Below are positions 29,482 to 38,937 of a DNA stretch of 64,000 bases, one piece after another. This stretch comes from Faecousia sp. Lineage in GTDB: Bacteria; Bacillota; Clostridia; Oscillospirales; Oscillospiraceae. Under the pieces are notes generated by a model. The model was not told the DNA's origin, ran no database searches, and saw nothing but the letters and a program-made list of their open reading frames with translations. The DNA lies in NCBI GenBank assembly GCA_045644625.1, contig JAZRHG010000052.1:10816-74815 (forward strand). Direction: 5' to 3'. Each line of letters opens with the position of its first letter. Within the stretch, counting starts at the first letter, position 1. The position numbers and the translations under genes are program-made.

Positions 29482-30591
29482 TTATTTAATATCCGACAGG
29501 CTCCACTGACTGCACAAAATAGAAGTGTGCTCATCACCGGGACATCTCTGGTAATATGCCGTGAGCAAATCGCCGTTACTCAGCTCCACAGTGGAGGGAT
29601 AACCCTGGTCGGTGACATCGGTGTCGGCACCGATTTTCACGTCCTCAGACCAGGTCAGGCCCTTGTCGAAGCTCACACGGACGTGCTGACCGTAAGGGGG
29701 AACACGGCGTCCGAAGGAGAAAATCAGCGCGCCGGAGGAGTGCACCATCAGGTGGGGAGGCGCGCCCAAACGCTCCATAAACTGGGGCTCGCTCCAGGTC
29801 TTGCCGCCGTCTTCGGAGCGGGACAGGTAGGTGGTCATATGATAGGTCTGCGCCAGCTCATCGTCTGCATCGCCGTCAACCACGCAGCGGACAGCCGCTA
29901 AAATCACATCGTCACCCAAATCCACACAGTGGGGCTCACAGATATCCAAAACCTTATTGCCCTTATGGGTCTTGGGCTTGGGCAGAACACCCTGAAGCTG
30001 CCAGGTTTCGCCGTCGTCAGTACTCTTAACCGCAGTTACAGCACCGGCAGGAACACCCATACCCGAGTGAATCTCCAAACCAACCCACAGCAAGCTACCA
30101 TCTTCACGGCGGATAGCGCCGTGGGGGCAGGTCACAGGTGCCTTTCTGGGCTTGGACCAGGTTTTACCGTAGTCACGGGAAATACGGGTGAAGGAGCCGA
30201 ATTCTTCCTGAGGGATTTCTTTCCACTTATCAATCATTGCCAGGCTCAACGGCTCACCCAGGTTGGACCAACGGGCAGCGCGGCCGGGCAGGGTGTAAGT
30301 AAACCAAGGCTCATTATTGAACCAGGTCAGCAGCATATTGCCGTCACCCCAGCAGATAAGGCCGGCATCCCGGTCATCTAACTTGGTATCATTAATGATT
30401 TGAGGCGCAGACCAGCTTTCTCCCTCATCATTACTGACGTACATCACATCCTTACCAAATGGGCAAACGTGCGCCAAACGATTGGACGAACAGGCAATAT
30501 AAAGTGTGCCGTTTTTGTCCTTGGCAATGGTGGGCCAGCCTTGGTACAAAAACCAACCCTCAGTCAATCTGGAAACGACTCTGTGTTCCAT
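29482..30591 (-). CDS. BNR/Asp-box repeat glycoside hydrolase (sialidase-like), cytoplasmic
   Basis: Five S-x-D-x-G-x-[TS]-W Asp-boxes; no signal peptide; AGGAGG RBS. Confidence 0.82.
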   Translation of the reverse strand: MEHRVVSRLTEGWFLYQGWPTIAKDKNGTLYIACSSNRLAHVCPFGKDVMYVSNDEGESWSAPQIINDTKLDDRDAGLICWGDGNMLLTWFNNEPWFTYTLPGRAARWSNLGEPLSLAMIDKWKEIPQEEFGSFTRISRDYGKTWSKPRKAPVTCPHGAIRREDGSLLWVGLEIHSGMGVPAGAVTAVKSTDDGETWQLQGVLPKPKTHKGNKVLDICEPHCVDLGDDVILAAVRCVVDGDADDELAQTYHMTTYLSRSEDGGKTWSEPQFMERLGAPPHLMVHSSGALIFSFGRRVPPYGQHVRVSFDKGLTWSEDVKIGADTDVTDQGYPSTVELSNGDLLTAYYQRCPGDEHTSILCSQWSLSDIK

Positions 30592-30752
30592 ATTTCTTCC
30601 TCCTTAATTCAGGAAATCCCGTTGCTTTTACTCGTATTTTTTAGGGGATGCCCGTTGCGGTCATTGTACCCCAGGAATTTGGTTCTGTCAACACAAATTG
30701 TTAAAAAAGGCACAAATTTTCCGCCACCTTCATTGCTCGTAAATCCACAAGC

Positions 30753-30784
30753 AAAAACCGCTGACCAAAACGGTCAGCGGTTTT
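30753..30784 (-). terminator. Intrinsic terminator
   Basis: AAAACCGCTGACC-AAAAC-GGTCAGCGGTTTT. Confidence 0.75.
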
Positions 30785-30806
30785 GATTTTTCGTTGTGAT
30801 ATCAGC

Positions 30807-32216
30807 TTAATGAGTCAGCAGCAGCATCGCCACAAACAGCAGCGCAACCACCCAGGCGGCGGCTTTAATCTTCTTAATTTCACCGCAGAAAATGCTGATG
30901 ACGATATAGGAAATCAGGCCAAAGGCAATGCCGTAGGAAATATTATAGGTAAAGGGCATCACCGCCAGGGTCATAAAGGCAGGCACGCCGATTTTCAGGT
31001 CATCCCACTGTACATTTTTAATAGATACCAGCATCAGGTAACCCACGTAAATCAGCGCTGCAGCGGTGGCGCAGCCGGGCACTAACTGGGCAATGGGACT
31101 TAAGAACATTGCCACAAAGAAGAACAGACCGCAGAACACAGAGGTCAGTCCCGTTCTGCCACCGGCAGCCACGCCTGCATTAGCCTCGCTGTAGGTAGTA
31201 ACGGTGGATGTGCCGCACAACGCGCCCACAGTGGTAGCTATGGCGTCGGAGAGCATACCCTCATTCATATTGATGGGGTCACCCTTTTCGTCCAGCAGAT
31301 TTGCCCGCTCACAGGCGGCGTACATCGTGCCCAAGGTGTCAAACATATCCACCATACAAAATGCCAGTGCAGTGGTTGCAATGGTCAACGCCAAATTTGC
31401 AGTTCCGTGTTGCGCTGCATAGGCAGAGAAATCAAACCCCTCCTTTAGCACTGTCAAGAAAGATTGCGCCCCAAACTCCTTGAACACCGTAATAGGACTA
31501 ACGAACTGAATTTGCAGAGCATGATAGAAACCGGGCACTGTCAATCCCAACAAGTAGTAAAGTCCCATACCGCCTAAAATACCGATAAGCACTGCGCAGC
31601 GGATCCGCTTCTTTTCCATAATCACAATGCCTAAGAATGTGCACAGAGTGACCACCATAGGCATAATGCTGCCCCACTCCTGCTTCAGCAGATTAAACGA
31701 CCCCAGATCCACGCAGGTAGTGCTGTTGGGCACTACGATACCGGCATTTTCCAAACCCAAAAGGGTAAGAAACAAGCCGATACCCGCCGGAATTGCCACC
31801 CGGACCGCCTCCGGCAACGCACCAAAGATTTTCTTCCGCAAACCGGTCACCGACAGCAGGATAAACACAACACCTTCACCCAAAATCAGCACCAAGGCGT
31901 TGGCATAGGACAGACCGAAACCAATACAAACAGTATATACAAAAAAGGCATTCAAACCCATGCCGCTGGCCTGTGCCAAAGGCAGGTTGGACATAAGACC
32001 TATGCCGATGGTGCCCACCACTGCAGAAATAGCCGTGGCAATATAGATCGCACCGTAGCTGACACCTAAGGGATTGGAGCCGTCACCGAAGGGATTGGAA
32101 AACATATCGGCATTGACCATCAAAATATAAACCATTGCAAAAAAGGTGGTCATACCCGCAATAAATTCTGTTTTGACCGTGGTATTTCGTTCTTTCAGCT
32201 TAAATATCCGTTCCAT
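30807..32216 (-). CDS. NCS2/AzgA-family purine permease
   Basis: E..AG.TTFF.M.YI, GMGLNAFF, FDTLGT, GGRTGL, PFTY.I..GI. Confidence 0.92.
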   Translation of the reverse strand: MERIFKLKERNTTVKTEFIAGMTTFFAMVYILMVNADMFSNPFGDGSNPLGVSYGAIYIATAISAVVGTIGIGLMSNLPLAQASGMGLNAFFVYTVCIGFGLSYANALVLILGEGVVFILLSVTGLRKKIFGALPEAVRVAIPAGIGLFLTLLGLENAGIVVPNSTTCVDLGSFNLLKQEWGSIMPMVVTLCTFLGIVIMEKKRIRCAVLIGILGGMGLYYLLGLTVPGFYHALQIQFVSPITVFKEFGAQSFLTVLKEGFDFSAYAAQHGTANLALTIATTALAFCMVDMFDTLGTMYAACERANLLDEKGDPINMNEGMLSDAIATTVGALCGTSTVTTYSEANAGVAAGGRTGLTSVFCGLFFFVAMFLSPIAQLVPGCATAAALIYVGYLMLVSIKNVQWDDLKIGVPAFMTLAVMPFTYNISYGIAFGLISYIVISIFCGEIKKIKAAAWVVALLFVAMLLLTH

Positions 32217-32330
32217 TGGATCTCTCCTTTTGGGCTTTTGGATATTATGTCACGGTTTTCATTTTTCTATCGTTTTTCGCAAACACGCTTTATAAAAAAA
32301 CGGGTCGGTAATTCACCAACCCGTTATGAT

Positions 32331-33467
32331 TTATAAGTTTACCCAGATGTTTCCGGCGGCATTGGATTTTAGGCAGGCGTGGATGAACTTAACGCCCTCT
32401 GCGCCGTCGCGGACTGTGGGAAAATCCACCATTTCTTCTGTGAAGCTGCCGTCTTTTTTGGCTGCAACACAGGAAATAAAGGACTTATACAGATTTCCCA
32501 TAGACTCCAGCCAGCCTTCGGTGTGACCTGACGGCAGGCGGCCATAGGCAGCTGCATCACTTTCAATGCCGCCGTTACCCCGGTGGCGTTCCACAATGGT
32601 GCCATCCCGGTCAATCATCGTGACCTTTTCGCTTTCCTCCTGACGCAACAAAATCGAGCCGTTTTCGCCATAAATTCGTACCCGCAAATCGTTATCGTGG
32701 CCGATGGCAAACTGGCTGGTCCAGTAGCAGCCGGTGGCACCGCCTTCGTATTCCACCATCACCACATCGTTATCATCCAGCACGCGGCCGGGCACTACCA
32801 CATCCATTTTTGCCAGCACCCGCTTGATTTTGAGGCCTGTGAGCATAGACACTGCGTTTTCCACATGGGTACCCAAATCACCTAAACAGTTCACACCGCC
32901 GGACTGCTCCGGGTCGCAGCGCCATTGTCCCTGCTTGCCGCCCCACTCTCCCTCGTAGGCAAGCCAGCCCTGAGGATACTCGGCCATAACGGTGCGGATT
33001 TTACCTAACTTTCCGGAGGCAATGTAGCTGCGGATATGCTTGGCAGTCACATGACCCATATAGGTATACGTCACCAAAAACAGCAAGTCCTTTTTCTCTG
33101 CCAACGCCACCAGCTCTTCCGCCTGCTCTACACTTAGGCACAGAGGCTTATCGCAGGACACATGAATACCCGCCTCCAAAAACGCCTTGCACACGGCATA
33201 GTGGCTTACGTTGGGGGTTACCACCACCACAAAATCAATACCGTCGGGACGCGCCGCCTCCGCTTTTGCCATTTCTTCGAAGCTTTCGTAGCAACGTTCC
33301 GGCGCAACGTCCAGCTCTGCGCCGGTCTGCCGGCATTTGTCCAGGCTGCGGGAGAAGCAGCCCGCCACCAAGTCGGCCATCGCATCAATGTTGATAGCCT
33401 TTCTGTGGGCATCTCCGATAAACGAGCCGGGTCCACCGCCTACCATTCCAAACTTCAGTTTTTTCAT
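32331..33467 (-). CDS. Gfo/Idh/MocA family oxidoreductase
   Basis: GMVGGG, TPN.SH, CDKPL, DLGTH. Confidence 0.9.
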   Translation of the reverse strand: MKKLKFGMVGGGPGSFIGDAHRKAINIDAMADLVAGCFSRSLDKCRQTGAELDVAPERCYESFEEMAKAEAARPDGIDFVVVVTPNVSHYAVCKAFLEAGIHVSCDKPLCLSVEQAEELVALAEKKDLLFLVTYTYMGHVTAKHIRSYIASGKLGKIRTVMAEYPQGWLAYEGEWGGKQGQWRCDPEQSGGVNCLGDLGTHVENAVSMLTGLKIKRVLAKMDVVVPGRVLDDNDVVMVEYEGGATGCYWTSQFAIGHDNDLRVRIYGENGSILLRQEESEKVTMIDRDGTIVERHRGNGGIESDAAAYGRLPSGHTEGWLESMGNLYKSFISCVAAKKDGSFTEEMVDFPTVRDGAEGVKFIHACLKSNAAGNIWVNL

Positions 33468-33579
33468 AGCTTTCTCCTTTCGGTGTTCTTGTTATCATTA
33501 TAGCGAATGTCCCACCAATTAGCAAGATAAATCCCACACCTGCACAAAGGAAAAGCTCCAATCCGTCTGTATTTTGGGG

Positions 33580-33608
33580 TTGTATTTATAACCCCGCTGT
33601 GCTATAAT
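33580..33608 (+). promoter_or_regulatory. Sigma-A promoter of cpsBCD
   Basis: TTGTAT-17 bp-TATAAT with extended -10 TG. Confidence 0.6.
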
Positions 33609-33655
33609 GGGAGCGCTGTTAACTTATAAACCAAATATCACTTTGGAGTGTAAAT

Positions 33656-34384
33656 ATGCAAGGTTTTATAGATATCCATACCCACATTCTTCCGGGTGTT
33701 GACGATGGCGCCCAAGATATGTCCGAAGCCTTGCGTATGTTGCGTACCGCGTGGAAAAACGGCACAAAAGCGGTTTTTCTGACGCCGCACTACCGGGGAA
33801 TTTACAAGCAGTCCACACCGGATATGCTGAAGGAGAATTTTTCCTGGCTGCAGGAAATGGCAATTTCCGAGTTCCCCGAAATGCAGCTTTATTTAGGTCA
33901 GGAAATTTCTTATGAAAATGATGCGCCGGAAATCATTTATCAGAACAAGGTTCTGCGCCTGAATAATTCCCATTATGCGTTACTGGAATTTGGGGCAAAC
34001 ACCTTGCGCTCGCAAATGATGAACGGCGTAACTAAAACCATCTATAACGGTTTCGTTCCCATCATTGCACATATCGAGCGTTGCAGCATTGTCCGAAAAG
34101 ATTTGGATTTTCTAAACGAGTTGTTAGATGCAGGCGCATTGCTGCAATTAAATGCAGACAGCATTTTAGGCAAAAACGGTTTTGGAATCAAGCGTTTTTG
34201 TCATAACGTGTTAGAAAACAGGAGGGCACACTTTGTGGCGTCGGATGCCCATGATGTAAAACATCGCCCGCCTGTGTTGCAGGAATGCTTTTTGAAGGTG
34301 TGCAAAAAATATGGCGTGCAATACGCAGCCTCGCTATTCTGGGACAACCCCTTGGCTGTCATAGAGAACGGAATCATAGAATGA
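33656..34384 (+). CDS. cpsB: PHP-family tyrosine phosphatase CpsB/CapC
   Basis: IDIHTHILPGVDDG, TPH, AHIER, ASDAH. Confidence 0.93.
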   Translation: MQGFIDIHTHILPGVDDGAQDMSEALRMLRTAWKNGTKAVFLTPHYRGIYKQSTPDMLKENFSWLQEMAISEFPEMQLYLGQEISYENDAPEIIYQNKVLRLNNSHYALLEFGANTLRSQMMNGVTKTIYNGFVPIIAHIERCSIVRKDLDFLNELLDAGALLQLNADSILGKNGFGIKRFCHNVLENRRAHFVASDAHDVKHRPPVLQECFLKVCKKYGVQYAASLFWDNPLAVIENGIIE

Positions 34385-34394
34385 GGAGAACACT

Positions 34395-35156
34395 ATGGAA
34401 AATACCAACGAGCAAGCAGAACTGCATTTGCTGGAATTTCTCTTTTTTCTGAAAAAGAAACTTGCGGTCATCCTTGCCTTTTTCTTGATTTTTGGAATAT
34501 TGGGTTTTGTGGGAACCAGGTTGTTTATTCCCACTACATATACCACCGATACACGGATGTACGTGCTGAGCCGTGCCAACGAAAACAGCATGGTCACCAC
34601 CGACTTTCAGATTGCCAATTATGTTATAAACGACTACAAGGCGCTGATTACCGGTCAGAATGTGACAAAAGAGGTCATTTCCCGCTTGGGTTTGAATATG
34701 TCGCCAAATAAACTTTCTGCAAAAATTGCGGTAACTTCCCCGGCAAACACCCGCGTTCTGCAGATTAGCATCACTGACGAGGACCCCCGTTTGGCCGCCG
34801 AGATTGCCAACACGGTGAGAGAAGTGGCAGCTACGCAAATCGAGCAGATTATGGATGTCAGCGCCGTTCGGACAGTTTATGAGGCGGAAGTGCCACGAGT
34901 ACCTTCCGGTCCAAATGTTCAGAGAAACATCCTGCGGGCCGCATTTGCCGGTCTTGTCATCATTCTTGGTGTTTATATCGTCATCTTTTTCATTGACGAC
35001 TCCATCCGTACAGAAGAGGATGTGTCCCGATATTTAGGGCTGGGTACACTGGGCGTGATTCCCATGTCAGCGGAATTGGGCGCGTTGGATACTGTCCGCA
35101 CATCGAAAAAGCGCTCCAATTCTACCAACGCCCTTCGGTCAATCTTCAGGAAGTAA
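34395..35156 (+). CDS. cpsC: Polysaccharide chain-length regulator / BY-kinase activator CpsC (Wzz-like)
   Basis: Two TMs flanking an extracellular loop, P..PS.P motif, D..I...EDV...LG...LG.IP tail. Confidence 0.9.
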   Translation: MENTNEQAELHLLEFLFFLKKKLAVILAFFLIFGILGFVGTRLFIPTTYTTDTRMYVLSRANENSMVTTDFQIANYVINDYKALITGQNVTKEVISRLGLNMSPNKLSAKIAVTSPANTRVLQISITDEDPRLAAEIANTVREVAATQIEQIMDVSAVRTVYEAEVPRVPSGPNVQRNILRAAFAGLVIILGVYIVIFFIDDSIRTEEDVSRYLGLGTLGVIPMSAELGALDTVRTSKKRSNSTNALRSIFRK

Positions 35157-35167
35157 GGGGTGCTATC

Positions 35168-35884
35168 ATGGAAAAAATTGCAATCAGTCGTTATGTGACA
35201 AAAGATTTTTCCACTGCGGAAGCTTTGAAAACATTGCGCACCAACCTGATGTTCAGCGGTTCTGATGTAAAAGCCGTCGCGCTGACCAGCTTTAGCGACG
35301 CTGCCGGCAAATCCACCATTTCCCTGCAGCTGGCAATCTCTTTGGCACAGGCGGGAAAGCAGGTTTTGCTAATGGACGCGGACCTGCGGAAAAGTGTGAT
35401 GGCAAGTCGCCTGCATATCCGCGAAAAAGTGGAAGGTCTTAGCCATTATCTTTCGGGTATGGCAAATGCTAACGAAATTATCCGCGAAACTGACATCCCC
35501 GGTCTGTATATCATTTTTGCCGGCGCACGTGTCCCCACTGCTGCTGAGCTTTTGGGACGTCCTAACTTCGGCAAGCTCATTGAAGCGCTGAAGAACACGT
35601 TTGACTATGTGATTGTAGATACTGCGCCTGTGGGACTGGTGATCGACTGCGCGGTGCTTGCCCCGGCAACGGATGGCGTGATTATGGTCATCGACACCAC
35701 TCACAACAGCTACAAATTTGAACGCCGCATGCAGCAACAGTTGGAGAAATCCGGTGCAAAAATTTTGGGCGTTATCCTCAATCGTGTGAATCTGGATGTC
35801 AGATACCGCTACTACGGCAAAGCCTGTGACTACAGCTCCGGCTATGACGAGGAAATTGACGGCAGCCATAACAAGCGCAGGTAA
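35168..35884 (+). CDS. cpsD: BY-kinase CpsD/CapB
   Basis: LRTN, GKST, DADLR, IVDTAP, C-terminal Tyr cluster YRYY..DY...Y. Confidence 0.92.
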   Translation: MEKIAISRYVTKDFSTAEALKTLRTNLMFSGSDVKAVALTSFSDAAGKSTISLQLAISLAQAGKQVLLMDADLRKSVMASRLHIREKVEGLSHYLSGMANANEIIRETDIPGLYIIFAGARVPTAAELLGRPNFGKLIEALKNTFDYVIVDTAPVGLVIDCAVLAPATDGVIMVIDTTHNSYKFERRMQQQLEKSGAKILGVILNRVNLDVRYRYYGKACDYSSGYDEEIDGSHNKRR

Positions 35885-36003
35885 CGCAATGGTCCCGCCA
35901 AAAACCGCAGTAAACCCCGTAAGATACCTATAAAGCAAACATAGACACGCATTGCCCAACTTCCTATAAAGATGTTGGGCAATTTTATTTTGCCTTACGG
36001 CAA

Positions 36004-36131
36004 AGTGATATTGAAACCTATGGTTTCAGTTTTATTATATTCGCCTTAATAACTGTCCGAAGGACAATATCACGATGCGTAGCATCATATAACTGCGAAG
36101 CAATATAACTCGCCGTCAGGCGAATATAACT
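36004..36131. repeat. Array of AATAT(A/C)AC(T) motifs alternating with short GC hairpins
   Basis: Motifs at ~36048, 36066, 36086, 36102, 36123 separated by GTCC-GAA-GGAC, GATGC-GTA-GCATC, GC-GAA-GC and CGCC-GTCA-GGCG; inverted copy AGTGATATT at 36004. Confidence 0.7.
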
Positions 36132-36160
36132 GAGGCGCACTTCCTTGCGGAGTGCGCCTC
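36132..36160. terminator. Terminator hairpin after the ABC transporter
   Basis: GAGGCGCACT-N9-AGTGCGCCTC. Confidence 0.65.
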
Positions 36161-36184
36161 TTGCGTGTCTATATTTTTTATATT

Positions 36185-37897
36185 CTATTTTTCTTTGATA
36201 GCACTGGTGCAGGCTTTTTCGGAAAGCTCTATAATTTGGTCGCAGATTTCCAAAGCAGCCGGTCTGTGGGTAATAATCAGCACAGTCTTATTGGTCATTG
36301 CCTGCAAGTTCGCCAGCAATCTTTTTTCCGTTGCCTCATCCAAAGCACTGGTGGCTTCGTCCAAAAGAAGGACCGGCCGGTTGCTGTAAATCGCTCTTGC
36401 AATAGCAAGGCGTTGGAGCTGACCTTCGGAGAGGCCTACGCCCCGCTCGCCCAATGTTGCATCCAGGCCATCGGGCAATTCGTCTACAAAATCTGCGCAG
36501 GCGATTTGCAAGGAGCGCTGCAGCAAAATTTCGTCCACAGTGTCTGTGTCACAAAAGCCGGTAACAGCATCCCGAATTGTGCCACTCATTAAATGGTTAC
36601 CCTGAGGCACATAGGCAAACAGTCCACGGTATGCTTCGTTCAAATCGGCAGTTTGGGCATCTGTCTGAATGTAGCACCTGCCGCTGTCCAATTGATACAG
36701 GGAAAGCAGGATTTTCATAATGGTGCTTTTTCCGCTTCCGGAGCTGCCGGTTAGGGCAACGCAGTTTCCCTTTTCAATGCGCAGGTTTACGTGCTCCAGC
36801 ACCCTTTCCGTCTTTGTATGCGCCATGTTTTCTGCGATGGCGCCATAGGCAAAGGTGCCGTCCTCAATGCCAAAGCTGATTAGCTTCCGGTCATAGATAT
36901 CCTGAATATCCTGGGCAGAATAAGGGCTACTTGCTTCTTCTGTCAGCTGTTCAATTTCTGTCAGCCGTTCCACGCTTGCAAGCACGCCGTACCAGCGGGG
37001 CAAAAAGCCGCTGAGATTGGCAAAGGGTGCCTGCACCTGACCAACCAGCTGCAGCACCGCAGTAAAGGTGCCGTAGCTTATGGTGCCCTGCAAAATGCCG
37101 TATCCGCAAAATGCCGCGCCAGCCACGTAGGCTCCGTTCATCATACCACTAAAGCCGATGTTGCAAAGATTGGAAAAGCGCCTGCGCTTCATAATGGCCT
37201 TATGGTACTGCTCCATTTTTTGGTCAGCGTCTTTCATAACCGCTTTGCCGCCAATATATGCGCGCACCACCAGCAGGCTGCCTAAAATCTCCTGGAGGAA
37301 AGATCGCATACTGCTCTCTTTTTCCTGAACGGATTTATGCAATTGCTTCATTTTCAGGCGATACCTGTAGGTAAGCAGCGTCAAAAGCAGACCGGCAGGA
37401 ATCAGCAGCCACAAAAAACGGGGCTCCATTACCACGATCACGCCAATTGCGCCCACAAGCTTCACAGCCACGCCCAACAGCTCCGGAATCATATTGGACA
37501 TTCCGCTTGCCACATTGCTGACATCGCTGGTCAAACGGCTCATCCAGTCGCCGGAATGCCGGGCAGTGACGCCGGCATAGTCACGGCGGAGAATCTCCCC
37601 AAACAGGCGCTGTCTGCACCCGTTTGCGACACGGGAAAGGGTGTATTCCGATAAATGCCGCATTATGAGGGTCAAGCCCAGCCTGGTCAGCATTAAAAGC
37701 GCAAAAAGAGTAACGCTTTGCCAAAAAGCAGACAGGTCCTTTGCTAATGCATTGTCCACGATATTTCGCAGCATCAATGCATAGACGATGGCAACGGCGG
37801 ACAGCAGCATATGGATCAGCGACAACCCAAGAATGGCGCCCTTATATTTCCCGGTTACCTCATACAAATACCGGAATGTTTTCTTTTGTTCTTTCAT
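36185..37897 (-). CDS. ABC exporter, fused TMD+NBD, no C39 peptidase domain
   Basis: Six TMs, GSSGSGKST, LSEGQLQR signature, LLLDEATSALD, H-loop. Confidence 0.93.
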   Translation of the reverse strand: MKEQKKTFRYLYEVTGKYKGAILGLSLIHMLLSAVAIVYALMLRNIVDNALAKDLSAFWQSVTLFALLMLTRLGLTLIMRHLSEYTLSRVANGCRQRLFGEILRRDYAGVTARHSGDWMSRLTSDVSNVASGMSNMIPELLGVAVKLVGAIGVIVVMEPRFLWLLIPAGLLLTLLTYRYRLKMKQLHKSVQEKESSMRSFLQEILGSLLVVRAYIGGKAVMKDADQKMEQYHKAIMKRRRFSNLCNIGFSGMMNGAYVAGAAFCGYGILQGTISYGTFTAVLQLVGQVQAPFANLSGFLPRWYGVLASVERLTEIEQLTEEASSPYSAQDIQDIYDRKLISFGIEDGTFAYGAIAENMAHTKTERVLEHVNLRIEKGNCVALTGSSGSGKSTIMKILLSLYQLDSGRCYIQTDAQTADLNEAYRGLFAYVPQGNHLMSGTIRDAVTGFCDTDTVDEILLQRSLQIACADFVDELPDGLDATLGERGVGLSEGQLQRLAIARAIYSNRPVLLLDEATSALDEATEKRLLANLQAMTNKTVLIITHRPAALEICDQIIELSEKACTSAIKEK

Positions 37898-38310
37898 TTC
37901 AATCTTGCCTTAACACGAGAATAAAACCACCGGAAGGGATATACCAGATGCAAAAGCATTACATATAGCCGGTATCCGGGGTCTGTCACGGAAATGTATT
38001 TTCCGTTTCTGTAAATTTGTGTCACAACGCCCAAAACCCAATCCATGGGGACCTTCTCCAAGCCGGTGCGGTTATCTCCGCGGATATAGTAGCAGTCCTC
38101 ACCCACGCGGATAATGCGGTGCAGCACATATTCCCCTGTGGGGCGACGGTACAGGGGAATGTCGTTTCGCTGGAGCTTCCCCTCTGCCTTGCGGAGAAAC
38201 ACATGGGTTTTCCGGTTATACAGCAGTGGCTCCATACTGTCTCCCACGGTAAAGGAGATTACGGTTTTTCCTGCGTTCAGCTGGGCTTCATAGCTGGTGT
38301 AATCATTCAT
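37894..38310 (-). CDS. Soluble S24/S26-family peptidase
   Basis: GDSMEP catalytic Ser, VLHRI (His in the general-base position), RGDN; no N-terminal TM. Confidence 0.85.
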   Translation of the reverse strand: MNDYTSYEAQLNAGKTVISFTVGDSMEPLLYNRKTHVFLRKAEGKLQRNDIPLYRRPTGEYVLHRIIRVGEDCYYIRGDNRTGLEKVPMDWVLGVVTQIYRNGKYISVTDPGYRLYVMLLHLVYPFRWFYSRVKARLK

Positions 38311-38569
38311 CCAAAAGACCTGCCTGTCTGAGCTGCTCCACTACGTTATGCACACTTTGGGCAACCACTTCTCTGTCAGCTTCATAGACAGCAAGAACCT
38401 TGTCAACAATCGTTTCCTCGGTGGTGTCCTCTATCATCTGCTGCATAATAAAATGGGCAGTTTCGTTGTTTCTGACCATGCCGTTAAACTTCTTGGCAGC
38501 TTCGCCGGTGGCAACCATCATATGCTCGCCGCCAACCTGGTGTAAAATGAGTCCGTCAATTAATTTCAT
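38303..38569 (-). CDS. PqqD-family RiPP recognition element (RRE)
   Basis: 88 aa; MKL..G.IL..VG.E, NET..FI, IV......YE.D...V...V..L..GLL pattern; GGAGG RBS. Confidence 0.88.
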   Translation of the reverse strand: MKLIDGLILHQVGGEHMMVATGEAAKKFNGMVRNNETAHFIMQQMIEDTTEETIVDKVLAVYEADREVVAQSVHNVVEQLRQAGLLDE

Positions 38570-38609
38570 ATTATACTTCCTCCGTGAATGCCTGATATGC
38601 CAGTACCTT

Positions 38610-38847
38610 GTTGGGGCGGATGCCCACATCCGTCTGCGGGCTGTCGAGACGCCAGCCCTACGACCTCTATCGAAAACGACCGTTGTGACAGCGGTGTATG
38701 ATGCATTCTTCGTTTTTTCTCAGTCATTTCAAGCCAGTGCGTACACTGGCGTGGGAACCTCTAAGGAATGCTTATCATATTAGATTGCCACGCCGCGTTG
38801 CGGCTCGCAATGACAGCCGTAGGGGACGATTGAGTCACATCGTCCCG
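38610..38847. repeat. Cluster of REP-like palindromes (GTAGGGG-type and GTCATT...AATGACA-type)
   Basis: GTTGGGGCGGATGCCCACATCCGTC 38610-38634; GGGCTG..CAGCCCTAC 38638-38661; GTCATTTCAAGC...GCTCGCAATGACA 38723-38815; GTAGGGGACGAT..ATCGTCCCG 38819-38847. Confidence 0.75.
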
Positions 38848-38937
38848 CTCCCATCGTAAGCCAGGAAAACGCATAGGCTTATTACAGTGACATGCCTGAT
38901 GGCGCAAAAGCACCATCAGGCTGATAATGCGACTTTT

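Noticed and set aside
36048-36131. Possible CRISPR mini-array
   Set aside because: Repeats are only 8-9 bp, the spacers are short palindromes, and no cas genes are in the window.
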